DNA of 64,000 nucleotides from Enterobacteria phage P922, in sequence record OR999189.1; one strand, given 5' to 3'. Below, one piece after another: positions 19,081 to 28,436 of the stretch (the first letter of the stretch is position 1; each line of letters opens with the position of its first letter). A program made the translations under genes and the position numbers. The notes beneath the pieces were generated by a model, which was not told the DNA's origin, made no database searches, and worked only from the letters and a program-made list of their open reading frames with translations.

Positions 19081-19283
19081 TGATTAGTATCGAACAAGCA
19101 GATAAAATTAAAGAATTGGTAGCTTTAATTCGCAAAGCAGATGGGGAACTTAGTGACTTTGGTTGGTTTTCGTCAGGTATTGCAAATAAAGGTATTGAAG
19201 AATTTGAAGCTAAAGTTGATAATGCTGTAGAAGCTTTAGATATGTTTCTTGATGAAATTATCGATCATAATACGAGAGTTTAA
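19080..19283 (+). CDS. hypothetical small protein
   Basis: ATG 19080 ([13 protein letters not shown]...). Confidence 0.4.
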   Translation: MISIEQADKIKELVALIRKADGELSDFGWFSSGIANKGIEEFEAKVDNAVEALDMFLDEIIDHNTRV

Positions 19284-19285
19284 GT

Positions 19286-19480
19286 ATGCTGACACACGAA
19301 CAGTTTGAAAAAATCATTAAATTAGTACGTGATGTTGAAATAGATTCATATCAATTAGCAGTTGAGCATTGTGAAGGATATTCATACGACGGTATAGAAG
19401 CAGCTAAAAGAGATTTGGATAAATCCAAAGCTAAGTTAGTTCAATATCTTGAAATGATTAGGTGGAATAATGAAAACTGA
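19286..19480 (+). CDS. hypothetical small protein
   Basis: 64 aa ORF. Confidence 0.4.
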   Translation: MLTHEQFEKIIKLVRDVEIDSYQLAVEHCEGYSYDGIEAAKRDLDKSKAKLVQYLEMIRWNNEN

Positions 19481-19634
19481 AAAGCAGATGTTTTTAATGA
19501 AGCTAATTGAAGAATATGCTAATGCAGTTTCTGACTATGAGTATTCTTCTCGTGAAAGAGGTACAGCTTTCGCAAAGGAAGAAATGAAAATTATGGTTGA
19601 TGCTCACACAAAGCTTCAGAATTTTATTGAAAAC
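19470..19634 (+). CDS. hypothetical small protein (below the ORF-track length cutoff)
   Basis: ATG 19470 after GGTGGAATA; 54 codons. Confidence 0.3.
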
Positions 19635-19636
19635 GT

Positions 19637-19666
19637 CATTTAACGGTTTACAAGTTGGCAAGGTTA
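19637..19666 (+). promoter_or_regulatory. T4-type early promoter (nucleotidyltransferase operon)
   Basis: GTTTAC ... TGGTATAGT. Confidence 0.55.
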
Positions 19667-19810
19667 TGGTATAGTAATCTTGTCAACTGCTAAGGAGAAG
19701 AGAATGAAAGTTTTGTTTGTTGTGTATGTGATGATTCAATATAATTACCCAATGTTTACTTATAATCTGGTGAACAACATTATTGATATTATTCAAAGGA
19801 GTATGTAATT

Positions 19811-20368
19811 GTGAGTGAGTCGAAGAGAATCAATATGAAACGATTAGTACTAGAAGTTAGTTCACTTTTTGGTGAATTGGCTATAGAAAAAGTAAATAAT
19901 ATGTATCGTTTGACGCAAGAAGACGATATGCTATATTTTACGCCTAGCGAAATTATTCATTTAACCCAAATTGAAAAACCTTACACTGATAAAATTGTAA
20001 GCATTAATGATGAGCATAAAATTCATTTCTATTCTTTATGCCCAGGATTTAACATTGAAAGCGAGTCAATATGCTTATCAATTAATAATTGGGATAATTT
20101 TATAACTAAAATTAAATATTTTTATTATTCTAACGAAAGAAAACATGGTTTAAAATGGTTTAAAAATTGCAATGCTATTATTACTAACGATTGCAATCAG
20201 AATGATGAAACTCTTTTAAATGTATCAAAATGTTATGAAGAGGGAGATGTCTTAACTATTCGTCAAATTGATGATTTTCGATCACATATTGTCACATTTA
20301 CCAAAGACGAAGCTATTGCGCTAAAGACTTATCTTGATTCTGTCATTCCAACTATGATTTCAAAGTGA
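19811..20368 (+). CDS. hypothetical protein, paralog of the next gene
   Basis: GTG start after AAAGGAG; shares GFNIE(S/D)E and C-terminal EA-A-K-YL-V-P-M motifs with 20375-20896. Confidence 0.5.
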   Translation: MSESKRINMKRLVLEVSSLFGELAIEKVNNMYRLTQEDDMLYFTPSEIIHLTQIEKPYTDKIVSINDEHKIHFYSLCPGFNIESESICLSINNWDNFITKIKYFYYSNERKHGLKWFKNCNAIITNDCNQNDETLLNVSKCYEEGDVLTIRQIDDFRSHIVTFTKDEAIALKTYLDSVIPTMISK

Positions 20369-20374
20369 GGAAAT

Positions 20375-20896
20375 ATGTTTATTTCAAGTGAAAGCGGTTT
20401 AATTCGTGTTGAATTTAAAAATGACATCTTCCTTATTCAAGGAGATGATATTATTAAAATGAGTTATGACGAAATCAAGAAAATTTGTCATATTCTTGAA
20501 AGTCGTGGAAAAGGAAATGCTACTATCGATATAGGTGATTTATGGGTGACACTTTATGAAGTATCCGAAGGATTTAACATTGAAGATGAAAACAACATCT
20601 TAGCTATTGATAAAAGAAGTGATTTGTTTGATGTGTTAAAAGTTTATGAACAGTCAAACGGTGGAAGAAAAGCTGCATTGATTTATCAAAAACCACATTC
20701 ATGTGGAACTGCTTCAATCATTTCAAATATTGAAGATGAAACTGATACTTATATGTGTGTTTTAAAAGCTGGTGGTGACCGTCATCCGGATTTTATTTCT
20801 ATTCGTCAAAACAATGGAGAAATTTCATTATCAAAATCAGAAGCTGAAGCTATGATTAAGTATTTAACAACTGTTACACCTTCAATGAAAGGATAA
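20375..20896 (+). CDS. hypothetical protein, paralog of 19811-20368
   Basis: 173 aa; shared motifs with the preceding gene. Confidence 0.5.
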   Translation: MFISSESGLIRVEFKNDIFLIQGDDIIKMSYDEIKKICHILESRGKGNATIDIGDLWVTLYEVSEGFNIEDENNILAIDKRSDLFDVLKVYEQSNGGRKAALIYQKPHSCGTASIISNIEDETDTYMCVLKAGGDRHPDFISIRQNNGEISLSKSEAEAMIKYLTTVTPSMKG

Positions 20897-20898
20897 TT

Positions 20899-21360
20899 AT
20901 GATTATTAATGAAAGCTCTTGGCACTATAAATTATTCAAAATGTTTAATGATGAATGGAAACGACCTAAGACACTGTGTGCATACTTTTGGTCTATTGTT
21001 ATCCCTACATTTTTCGTTTCTTTTTTCGGATGTACTATACTCGCAGGTCTAACTATTATCTGTGCAGAAATCATGCAGAAATGGTTTATTTATGGTAGTT
21101 TATGGACTCTTATTCCATCAGCATTTATACTTGCTATTTTGCTTGTTTTACTTATTATTGGTTCATTTGTTATTCCTGCACAACTACATGAAAAATATAA
21201 AGATTATAAATGGAAAAAGGATTATGCTTTACATGTAGAAAATATTGATAGGGCGTATAAAGGTTTACCTCCTATTCAACCCAAGAAATCTATTATCGTC
21301 GAATTTTTAAAAACGCGTAAAGCTAAAGTATGTCCTGTTATTGAATATAAGGCTGAATGA
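20899..21360 (+). CDS. membrane protein (two TM helices)
   Basis: 153 aa with long hydrophobic segments. Confidence 0.5.
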   Translation: MIINESSWHYKLFKMFNDEWKRPKTLCAYFWSIVIPTFFVSFFGCTILAGLTIICAEIMQKWFIYGSLWTLIPSAFILAILLVLLIIGSFVIPAQLHEKYKDYKWKKDYALHVENIDRAYKGLPPIQPKKSIIVEFLKTRKAKVCPVIEYKAE

Positions 21361-22370
21361 TGAAAACAGTAATGAAAAGCTATTTCGGTAGTCATCTTTA
21401 TGGAACTTCTACTCCAGAATCTGATGTAGATTTTAAAGAAATCTTTGTTCCTCCTGCTCGTGATATTCTTATCGGAAATGTTAAAGAGCATATGAGTAAA
21501 AACACTAACAACACATCATCTAAAAACACTAAAGATGATATTGACCATGAACTATACAGTCTTAAGTATTTCTTTAAATTAGCAGCAGATGGTGAAACTG
21601 TAGCATTGGATATGCTTCACACTCCACCTGAGCTAGTGGTTAAATCTGATTTGCCTGATGTATGGAAGTTTATTCAAGACAATCGTTCTCGTTTTTATAC
21701 GACTAACATGAAATCCTATTTAGGATATGTCCGCAAGCAAGCTTCTAAATATGGTGTTAAGGGTTCTCGTTTGGCTGCATTACGTGATGTATTGAAAGTA
21801 GTTAATCAAATCCCCGATCAGTGGGTTGATTACCGAGAAGATGGAACACAAGGACAACGTCGTACTAAAGTTGAAGATATTAAGCATCGTCTTCCAGAGA
21901 ACGAATTCTGCGAATGGGTATTCCATAATCATGAGAAAACAGGCCCACAGACGTTCTACACAGTGTTGGGTCGTAAATATCAGACAACGCTTTCTCTTAT
22001 TGAGCTTAAGCAGTCACTGAACAAATTAGATGCTGAATACGGTGAACGTGCTCGTAAGGCCGAAGCCAATGAAGGTATTGACTGGAAAGCTCTGAGTCAT
22101 GCTTGCCGTGGTGGACTCCAACTATTGGAAATTTACAAAACTGGTGACTTGGTTTATCCACTCCAAGATGCTCCATTTATTCTCGACGTGAAGTTGGGTA
22201 AACATCCATTTAAAACGGTTCAAGAGTTTTTGGAAGATGTGGTCGATCAAGTAGAAGCAGCATCTACTGAAGCTTCTAAGAACGGTATGCAGCAAAAAGT
22301 AGACATGGGTTTTTGGGATGACTTCCTTGAGAGGGTTTATCTTGAAAACCACCGAAGTTATTATAAATGA
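21360..22370 (+). CDS. pol-beta superfamily nucleotidyltransferase-like protein
   Basis: N-terminal YFGSHLYGTSTPESDVDF fits the hG[GS]x(9-13)DxD nucleotidyltransferase signature; ends at a strong terminator. Confidence 0.6.
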   Translation: MKTVMKSYFGSHLYGTSTPESDVDFKEIFVPPARDILIGNVKEHMSKNTNNTSSKNTKDDIDHELYSLKYFFKLAADGETVALDMLHTPPELVVKSDLPDVWKFIQDNRSRFYTTNMKSYLGYVRKQASKYGVKGSRLAALRDVLKVVNQIPDQWVDYREDGTQGQRRTKVEDIKHRLPENEFCEWVFHNHEKTGPQTFYTVLGRKYQTTLSLIELKQSLNKLDAEYGERARKAEANEGIDWKALSHACRGGLQLLEIYKTGDLVYPLQDAPFILDVKLGKHPFKTVQEFLEDVVDQVEAASTEASKNGMQQKVDMGFWDDFLERVYLENHRSYYK

Positions 22371-22372
22371 TA

Positions 22373-22398
22373 GGGAGCCTTCGGGCTCCCTTTTTTAT
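22373..22398 (+). terminator. intrinsic terminator
   Basis: GGGAGCC-TTCG-GGCTCCC + TTTTTT. Confidence 0.7.
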
Positions 22399-22420
22399 TT
22401 CAAAAATTTTTCACAAAATT

Positions 22421-22450
22421 GTTTACAAGCATAAAGCTTTATGGTACTAT
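22421..22450 (+). promoter_or_regulatory. T4-type early promoter
   Basis: TTTTTCACAAAATTGTTTACA ... TGGTACTATAC. Confidence 0.6.
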
Positions 22451-22633
22451 ACAACTATCAAAACAAACACTTAAACGGAAAAACAAAATGAAAATTACAC
22501 CAATTGAAGTAAAAAAGTTGATTGACACAGAAGAAATTTCAGAGTGTTTTGAAAGTTTCTTAGAAGATGCAACTGAAGATAATGCAGTTTATCTCGCTCA
22601 GAAAATTATCGAAACTTATTTGGAGAAGAATCA

Positions 22634-22897
22634 ATGACAGTTTACGTAGATGTTTTAATGAATCATGGATGGAAACTTCGCGGTCATCCAACTAAAAATT
22701 GTCATATGTTCACTGATGGAGATATTGAAGAGCTTCATGAAATGGCAGAAGCAATAGGAATGAAACGTTCTTGGTTTCAAGATAAACGCATTAAACATTA
22801 TGACTTACACGCTCGGCGACGCCAAAAAGCTATAGAACTTGGCGCCGTAGAAGTATCTCGTCGCGAAGCAGTAAAAATTTGGCAAACATTAAAATAA
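22634..22897 (+). CDS. hypothetical protein
   Basis: 87 aa ORF. Confidence 0.45.
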   Translation: MTVYVDVLMNHGWKLRGHPTKNCHMFTDGDIEELHEMAEAIGMKRSWFQDKRIKHYDLHARRRQKAIELGAVEVSRREAVKIWQTLK

Positions 22898-22900
22898 ATT

Positions 22901-22930
22901 GTTTACAGCAGGGTAGTAGTGTGATACTAT
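22901..22930 (+). promoter_or_regulatory. T4-type early promoter (AAA+ gene)
   Basis: GTTTAC ... GTGATACTAT. Confidence 0.55.
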
Positions 22931-22966
22931 TACCCTATCAAAACAAATGTAAAATTGGAGAATAAA

Positions 22967-23935
22967 ATGAAAACTGTAACTATCAATAAGGGTATCTACT
23001 TCGGTAAAGAAATCTCTGGAACTTTTGAGCTCTTAGGTGAATGGTTCCCAGATAATGCTCCGGTAGATGCACAAGGAGATGGTAAAGTTTTTGTTGAAAT
23101 TGACGGTAAGCGTCGCGGTGTTTGGGTTTACAAATCAGACATTTCATATGATGGTGTAAAAGTTGAAGAAGTTAAAGAATCATATGAAGATATGAAAACC
23201 CGCATTAATAAAAGATTTAATGTTATGGGAATGATGACGAATGGTATTATTAACGGAAATATTCGTTCATTAATTATCTCTGGTGCGGCGGGTATTGGTA
23301 AAACGTATTCTTTAGATAAAGCTTTGAATAAAGCAAATGATAATGGATACATTGAATATAAAAGCATTAATGGTAAAATCTCTGGTATCGGTCTTTATGA
23401 ACAGCTTTGGAATAATCGTGAAGAGAATTCTGTCCTTTTGATTGATGATGTGGATGTTTTCTCTGATATGGACATTCTTAATCTTCTGAAAGCTGCTCTG
23501 GACACTGGAGAGACCCGTAAAGTCTGCTGGAGCACCGCATCTTCTTACTTAGAAGAAAAAGGCATTGAGCGTGAGTTTGAATTTAAAGGAACGATTGTTT
23601 TTATCACAAACGTTGACATTGACCGCGAATTAGACCGTGGTACTAAACTTGCTCCACATTTACAAGCATTAGTGTCCCGCTCGGTTTATTTGGATTTGGG
23701 TGTTCACACTAATGAAGAAATTATGGTCAGGGTTGAAGATGTTATTCTTTCAACTGACATGATGCAAAAGCGCGGTCTTTCTGATGAAGAAACTTATAAA
23801 GCATTATCATGGATGAAAGTTAATGTTAATCGTTTACGCAATGTTTCACTGCGTACTGCTCTTTATCTTGCTGACTTTATTATGACCGACAAAAACGGTT
23901 GGGAAGAAATTGCTGAGGTTACTCTTCTGAAATAA
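22967..23935 (+). CDS. AAA+-type ATPase
   Basis: Walker A SGAAGIGKT and Walker B VLLIDDVD; ATG 22967 after GGAGAATAAA. Confidence 0.65.
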   Translation: MKTVTINKGIYFGKEISGTFELLGEWFPDNAPVDAQGDGKVFVEIDGKRRGVWVYKSDISYDGVKVEEVKESYEDMKTRINKRFNVMGMMTNGIINGNIRSLIISGAAGIGKTYSLDKALNKANDNGYIEYKSINGKISGIGLYEQLWNNREENSVLLIDDVDVFSDMDILNLLKAALDTGETRKVCWSTASSYLEEKGIEREFEFKGTIVFITNVDIDRELDRGTKLAPHLQALVSRSVYLDLGVHTNEEIMVRVEDVILSTDMMQKRGLSDEETYKALSWMKVNVNRLRNVSLRTALYLADFIMTDKNGWEEIAEVTLLK

Positions 23936-24024
23936 TTCATAAGAGGACTTCTATGACAAAAAGGCAGTTCAGAAATAGATTATATGGACTGCCATTAAAA
24001 AGATAACTAGAATTAAACTGGTGA

Positions 24025-24339
24025 ATGGAGGTAATGATGTTATACTCAAAGGCTCGTGAAATTTACGAAACTAAAATTAAAGAAGCAGTATTTAAGTTCG
24101 CAACGACAATGCGATGGACAAATGACTGGGAGTATTCAAAAAATCATAAGAAGCCCATGGTGACAAGAAAGGCTCATATGTTAGTGTTAATAGACCGTGA
24201 GCAGATTAAAGCCCGAGAAGCCCTCCAGAATCATAAAAAGGCTGCCTTTGAATGGTTTATGGATAACACTGCTCCTGAGACTAAGAAAGCAGTGAGCGCA
24301 TGGTTCAGTGGAAAAAATTGTGAAAGAAGTTTCTTTTAG
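24025..24339 (+). CDS. hypothetical protein
   Basis: 104 aa ORF. Confidence 0.45.
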   Translation: MEVMMLYSKAREIYETKIKEAVFKFATTMRWTNDWEYSKNHKKPMVTRKAHMLVLIDREQIKAREALQNHKKAAFEWFMDNTAPETKKAVSAWFSGKNCERSFF

Positions 24340-24341
24340 TG

Positions 24342-24372
24342 GTTTACAAGACTGTTCCTCTGTGGTACTATA
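24342..24372 (+). promoter_or_regulatory. T4-type early promoter
   Basis: GTTTAC ... TGTGGTACTATAC. Confidence 0.6.
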
Positions 24373-24399
24373 CAACTATCAACTACGGAGGAACACAAA

Positions 24400-24927
24400 A
24401 TGAACGCTAAAGATATTTTCAACCTGGTAAATTACAACGATGGTAAATTTAAATCTGAAGCGCAAAGCAAGTTCTTTAACGACATCTCAATCGGAGGTGA
24501 AATCACTGTTGATGGAGGACAAATTTACAAATCCCGTTGGAATTGGATCGTTATTATTGATGAGATCGGTATTGTAGAAATTTACAAGAATACGAATAAA
24601 AATCGTACATTACACTGGTCTCGTGATACTAACGAACAGTACAAAAAGGATAAAGCATCTAAAATGTCTCGTGTAACTCAAGAAGATATTGAGTTCATCA
24701 AGAAAGATATTTTAATGTATGATAACTTAATTGCTGAAGAGCAAGCTGTTATTGATAAATTTGACGAGATTAAAGCTTCTCGTGAAATTCCTGATTTTAT
24801 GAAAGAATCAGTAAATGAACGATACTCTCTCATTTCAGAGCGTATTGAAACTTACAAAAAGCAAAGAGCTGAACGCCAAAATACTCTTCGGAAGTTTGAA
24901 GAACGGTTAAAGACGGTACTCGCATAA
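24400..24927 (+). CDS. hypothetical protein
   Basis: 175 aa ORF after promoter and SD GGAGGAACAC. Confidence 0.5.
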   Translation: MNAKDIFNLVNYNDGKFKSEAQSKFFNDISIGGEITVDGGQIYKSRWNWIVIIDEIGIVEIYKNTNKNRTLHWSRDTNEQYKKDKASKMSRVTQEDIEFIKKDILMYDNLIAEEQAVIDKFDEIKASREIPDFMKESVNERYSLISERIETYKKQRAERQNTLRKFEERLKTVLA

Positions 24928-24982
24928 CCGCTTTATACCAAGGATGGTATAATGGTTCTAAGCCCTTTTAATTGAGATTATT

Positions 24983-25390
24983 ATGAAACGGTTGATAATT
25001 AAAAGATTGAATTTATTGATATGTTGTTTATGTATAGTAGTTGCATATGGTTATTACGCAATTAATGATTATATGCATTATAAAGATTATGATGTTACTG
25101 TAGTTAATACTATTACAGGAACTCAAGGAAAAGGGTCTAGTTTATCGTTTATTGCCGTATATGAACTCAAAGACGGTTATAGATTTAGTGAATATATTTC
25201 CCCAGAGATGTATTCTTCAATAGAAAAAGGTGATAATATTACTGTAAGTTTACGTCCTTTCGACGTAAAACAGACACTGTTTGATAATATTGTTTGGTTC
25301 TTTGGGATGGTATTAGTTCAATCCGTGTGTGGCGCTTATGTAGTTTGTTCAATCATATTCTGTGTATTTAGTAAAATTGAAATTGAGTGA
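24983..25390 (+). CDS. membrane protein
   Basis: 135 aa with N- and C-terminal TM helices. Confidence 0.5.
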   Translation: MKRLIIKRLNLLICCLCIVVAYGYYAINDYMHYKDYDVTVVNTITGTQGKGSSLSFIAVYELKDGYRFSEYISPEMYSSIEKGDNITVSLRPFDVKQTLFDNIVWFFGMVLVQSVCGAYVVCSIIFCVFSKIEIE

Positions 25391-25397
25391 GGAAAAT

Positions 25398-26288
25398 ATG
25401 TCAGTAGTAATTAATAATGTCAATGCAGTAATTAAATCTTTAGTTAATAAAAAAATGATGAATGAATGGACTGTACTTCGTCGTGGAGAGCCAGATAAAT
25501 TTTTTCATAGATTTAACCCAACTTTGGATTTGAATGTTATTGATAAAGATGTTCATGCCGAAATTTTAGATAAGTTTAAAGTTGATATTGGATTTGGATT
25601 AGAAAAACATTTGCAGCGAACAAGCGGATCTGGAATGAGTTTATCTAATCGCATTATGAAAGCCCTTAATAAAATTGGAGCATTGTCTCGTATTAACGCG
25701 AGTGAAATCCTTCGTAATTATAATAAAGGATATGACCTTTATGGTCGACTGATGCCAAAATTATCATTCGATCAAATGATAGCGGATTTGTGGGAAAATC
25801 AAAGACGATTATTAGCATTAGGCGCTCGATTAGCTAAAGGTTTAGATAAACAAATGATTTTTAAGACCAATAATACAGAAGACCTTAAATGCTTTAAATT
25901 TAGTATTCGTGGAGATGATTATTACATCAGAGCTCACTCTACAGATTATGCTAATATGGGGCATCATCTCTGTTTAGCTTTTGAAGTTTTAAAAGAAGCT
26001 GGAACATTAGAATATACGTCTGGTGCTAAATGCCCTATTGGTTCAAGTTGTATTTTAATTTATCGCCCGGATGAATCCAGTTCAACTAAATTGCCTACAA
26101 AACCTGTACCGGTTCGTAGTAACGAAAAACATTCTGAACAAATTGATTATTTTAATAAGCAGATTGAAGAGCTGAATATTTCTATTCAACAATATGATGA
26201 TGAAATTTTCAGACTATCTGGATTGAGTAGTAAAGCTAAATCTGAGCGTGAAAAGTTAATTAAAATTGTTGATTTACTTAAATCTTAA
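25398..26288 (+). CDS. paralog-array protein A (globular domain + Pro-rich linker + C-terminal coiled coil)
   Basis: ATG 25398 after TGAGGAAAAT; C-terminal heptad helix ...QIEELNISIQQYDDEIFRL... Confidence 0.5.
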   Translation: MSVVINNVNAVIKSLVNKKMMNEWTVLRRGEPDKFFHRFNPTLDLNVIDKDVHAEILDKFKVDIGFGLEKHLQRTSGSGMSLSNRIMKALNKIGALSRINASEILRNYNKGYDLYGRLMPKLSFDQMIADLWENQRRLLALGARLAKGLDKQMIFKTNNTEDLKCFKFSIRGDDYYIRAHSTDYANMGHHLCLAFEVLKEAGTLEYTSGAKCPIGSSCILIYRPDESSSTKLPTKPVPVRSNEKHSEQIDYFNKQIEELNISIQQYDDEIFRLSGLSSKAKSEREKLIKIVDLLKS

Positions 26289-26296
26289 GGAACACC

Positions 26297-27325
26297 ATGA
26301 AAACTCGTTCTCAAATTGAAGATATGGTTCGTAATGCCAGTTATACTCGTGATGTTATGACATTTTTGTGTGAAAATAATTTAGACCCTGATAAAGTTAA
26401 TCGTGTTATTCATCACTTTAAGTATACGAATAGCAGTGAATGGGTGCGTAATTTTAGTAAAGCGGGATATATTACACAAATGACTGCTCGTGAGCAACTC
26501 ACCGATTTCTGTAAAACTATTGATTATAAAAATCCTTTATTTGTTCAAGGCGTTGGTCAAAGTAAGGTCGATTTATCATCTGGATTTTTCAATCCAAATC
26601 ATTATCGTATTGAATGGAGATTTATTGCTCTGTTCCGTAGACAATTAAAGCAAATTTTATCAACTGCGAGTCGATTAAAAGGTTCTGATATTAACTTAAA
26701 GAACCTGAAATTTGATGGTTATACTCTTCAGATGGAAGTAAGACCATTAAAAGAAAATAATAGAACTGCACGAATTAGCTTTAAACCTAATACAAAAAAT
26801 TCTCTTTCAATTTGCGAATGCCTTAAATCGCAGTTGACAGAAGCATTTAAGTATATGGATGTTGTTGCCGCTGTTCAGTCTAAGATTTTACCTCATTTTG
26901 AGCGAAATTGGGAACATACAACAACGTATGAACTTGATATGATCGTTTCATTTAAATACGATTTTTTGAGAAAGGACGAAGTCACGCAAGAGAAAAAGCA
27001 AGAAGTGCAAGATAACTTAAATTTAAATTTATCTAATTACTCATCAAACGATCCTAAATTTTGGATGTATAGTTCAGGTAATAAGGATGCATGGAAATTC
27101 AATAAAGTGAATTTTCTTCCTGTTGAAAATCCGAGTCTTAAACCTGTTGAAAAATGGCATGCAGATGCGATTGAGAAGTCTATCAAGGCAGTAGATGATG
27201 AACTCGTTAAAGCAACTAATGAAGTGCTAGAAGCTGAAAAGATGCTAGAAAAAGCTCAAGAAAAAGTCAAAAATCTTACGAAGCAACGTTCTAAACTGAA
27301 CAATGCACTAAATGCACTAAACTAG
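26297..27325 (+). CDS. paralog-array protein B
   Basis: 342 aa; MKTR N-terminus; C-terminal coiled coil ...EVLEAEKMLEKAQEKVKNLTKQRSKLNNALNALN. Confidence 0.55.
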   Translation: MKTRSQIEDMVRNASYTRDVMTFLCENNLDPDKVNRVIHHFKYTNSSEWVRNFSKAGYITQMTAREQLTDFCKTIDYKNPLFVQGVGQSKVDLSSGFFNPNHYRIEWRFIALFRRQLKQILSTASRLKGSDINLKNLKFDGYTLQMEVRPLKENNRTARISFKPNTKNSLSICECLKSQLTEAFKYMDVVAAVQSKILPHFERNWEHTTTYELDMIVSFKYDFLRKDEVTQEKKQEVQDNLNLNLSNYSSNDPKFWMYSSGNKDAWKFNKVNFLPVENPSLKPVEKWHADAIEKSIKAVDDELVKATNEVLEAEKMLEKAQEKVKNLTKQRSKLNNALNALN

Positions 27326-27354
27326 TTTACTTTGCCACAAGGATGTGGTATAAT
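27325..27354 (+). promoter_or_regulatory. T4-type early promoter inside the paralog array (before paralog C)
   Basis: GTTTAC ... TGTGGTATAAT. Confidence 0.6.
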
Positions 27355-27382
27355 GTTCTTACTTTCTACTGAGGAGATTAAT

Positions 27383-28384
27383 ATGACTCGTAACGAATAT
27401 ATCAAATCATTCAATAGCGTTATTGATGATAAAGTTAAACCTATGTCTAGTCAGAATAGTGTTCTTTCTATTATCAATCAATGGCTCAATAATATTGATG
27501 TAAGCATTGTTTCTTCCAACAGATTTATTCACGAAGTTCGTGAAATTTCTAGTCGTACAGATAAAGATGACATTAAGAAAACCTTTAAAGGGTCTCGTCT
27601 TCTTTCATACTTAGTCAACAGAGATATTCTTGGTAAATTTGGGAAAGAAATTAAACGAACTAAAGATGTAGTAGGATATAATTGGTTCGGTGATGTTAAT
27701 TCTTATCATCTTAATAATAAAGAAGACCCTGAGAATATTTTTACTCGTCGTTGGATTAGTAATTTCAGACTTTTCAAAGGACAAATTCTAAAATCAGCTT
27801 CTAAATTATGTTATGGCGATTATCGTCAAATTCATCCTTTGGCTTCTGATATGATTATCGTAAAAGAATATGAACTTGATAAAAATAAAGTAGCTATTTT
27901 TGTGAATTATGGATTTTTTACACCAGACGCTAACCAAAAGAATATTAATAAATTTTTCTCAATTGCTAGCACTATAACTTATCAATTAGAGGCGGCTTTG
28001 GGCTGTATGGAAACCGTAAAAAGTATTCATACTTATCCTTTTAAAAATATGTGCGGTTGGGAAGGATATAAAATTATAATTAGCCTCCGTGAAGTGAAAC
28101 GTACGTACTCACCGACTGATAAAGAAATTTACCAACAAAAATGTGATGAAATTGTGAATACTCCTAAAGAAGAAACTACCCTTGAAGAACTAATGGAATG
28201 TCTTGACGATTCGCCTGAACCGATAGAAATTCGTCCAGAAGTTATTGCACTAGAAAAAGCTTATAAAGAAGTTCTAGAAATTTCTAATAAAGCGCAGAAA
28301 GATTATGAGAAGGCTAAAAGGATTTGGGAAGAATCTGTTAATCGCCTTGATCGTTTGGAACAAGCTTTACAGTTAATTAAGTAA
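27383..28384 (+). CDS. paralog-array protein C
   Basis: ATG 27383 after GAGGAGATTAAT; C-terminal coiled coil ...KAQKDYEKAKRIWEESVNRLDRLEQALQLIK. Confidence 0.55.
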   Translation: MTRNEYIKSFNSVIDDKVKPMSSQNSVLSIINQWLNNIDVSIVSSNRFIHEVREISSRTDKDDIKKTFKGSRLLSYLVNRDILGKFGKEIKRTKDVVGYNWFGDVNSYHLNNKEDPENIFTRRWISNFRLFKGQILKSASKLCYGDYRQIHPLASDMIIVKEYELDKNKVAIFVNYGFFTPDANQKNINKFFSIASTITYQLEAALGCMETVKSIHTYPFKNMCGWEGYKIIISLREVKRTYSPTDKEIYQQKCDEIVNTPKEETTLEELMECLDDSPEPIEIRPEVIALEKAYKEVLEISNKAQKDYEKAKRIWEESVNRLDRLEQALQLIK

Positions 28385-28436
28385 TTTAAAGCCAAGGATG
28401 GCTCGGAGTATAAATCATTAACCAAGTGAGAAGAAC

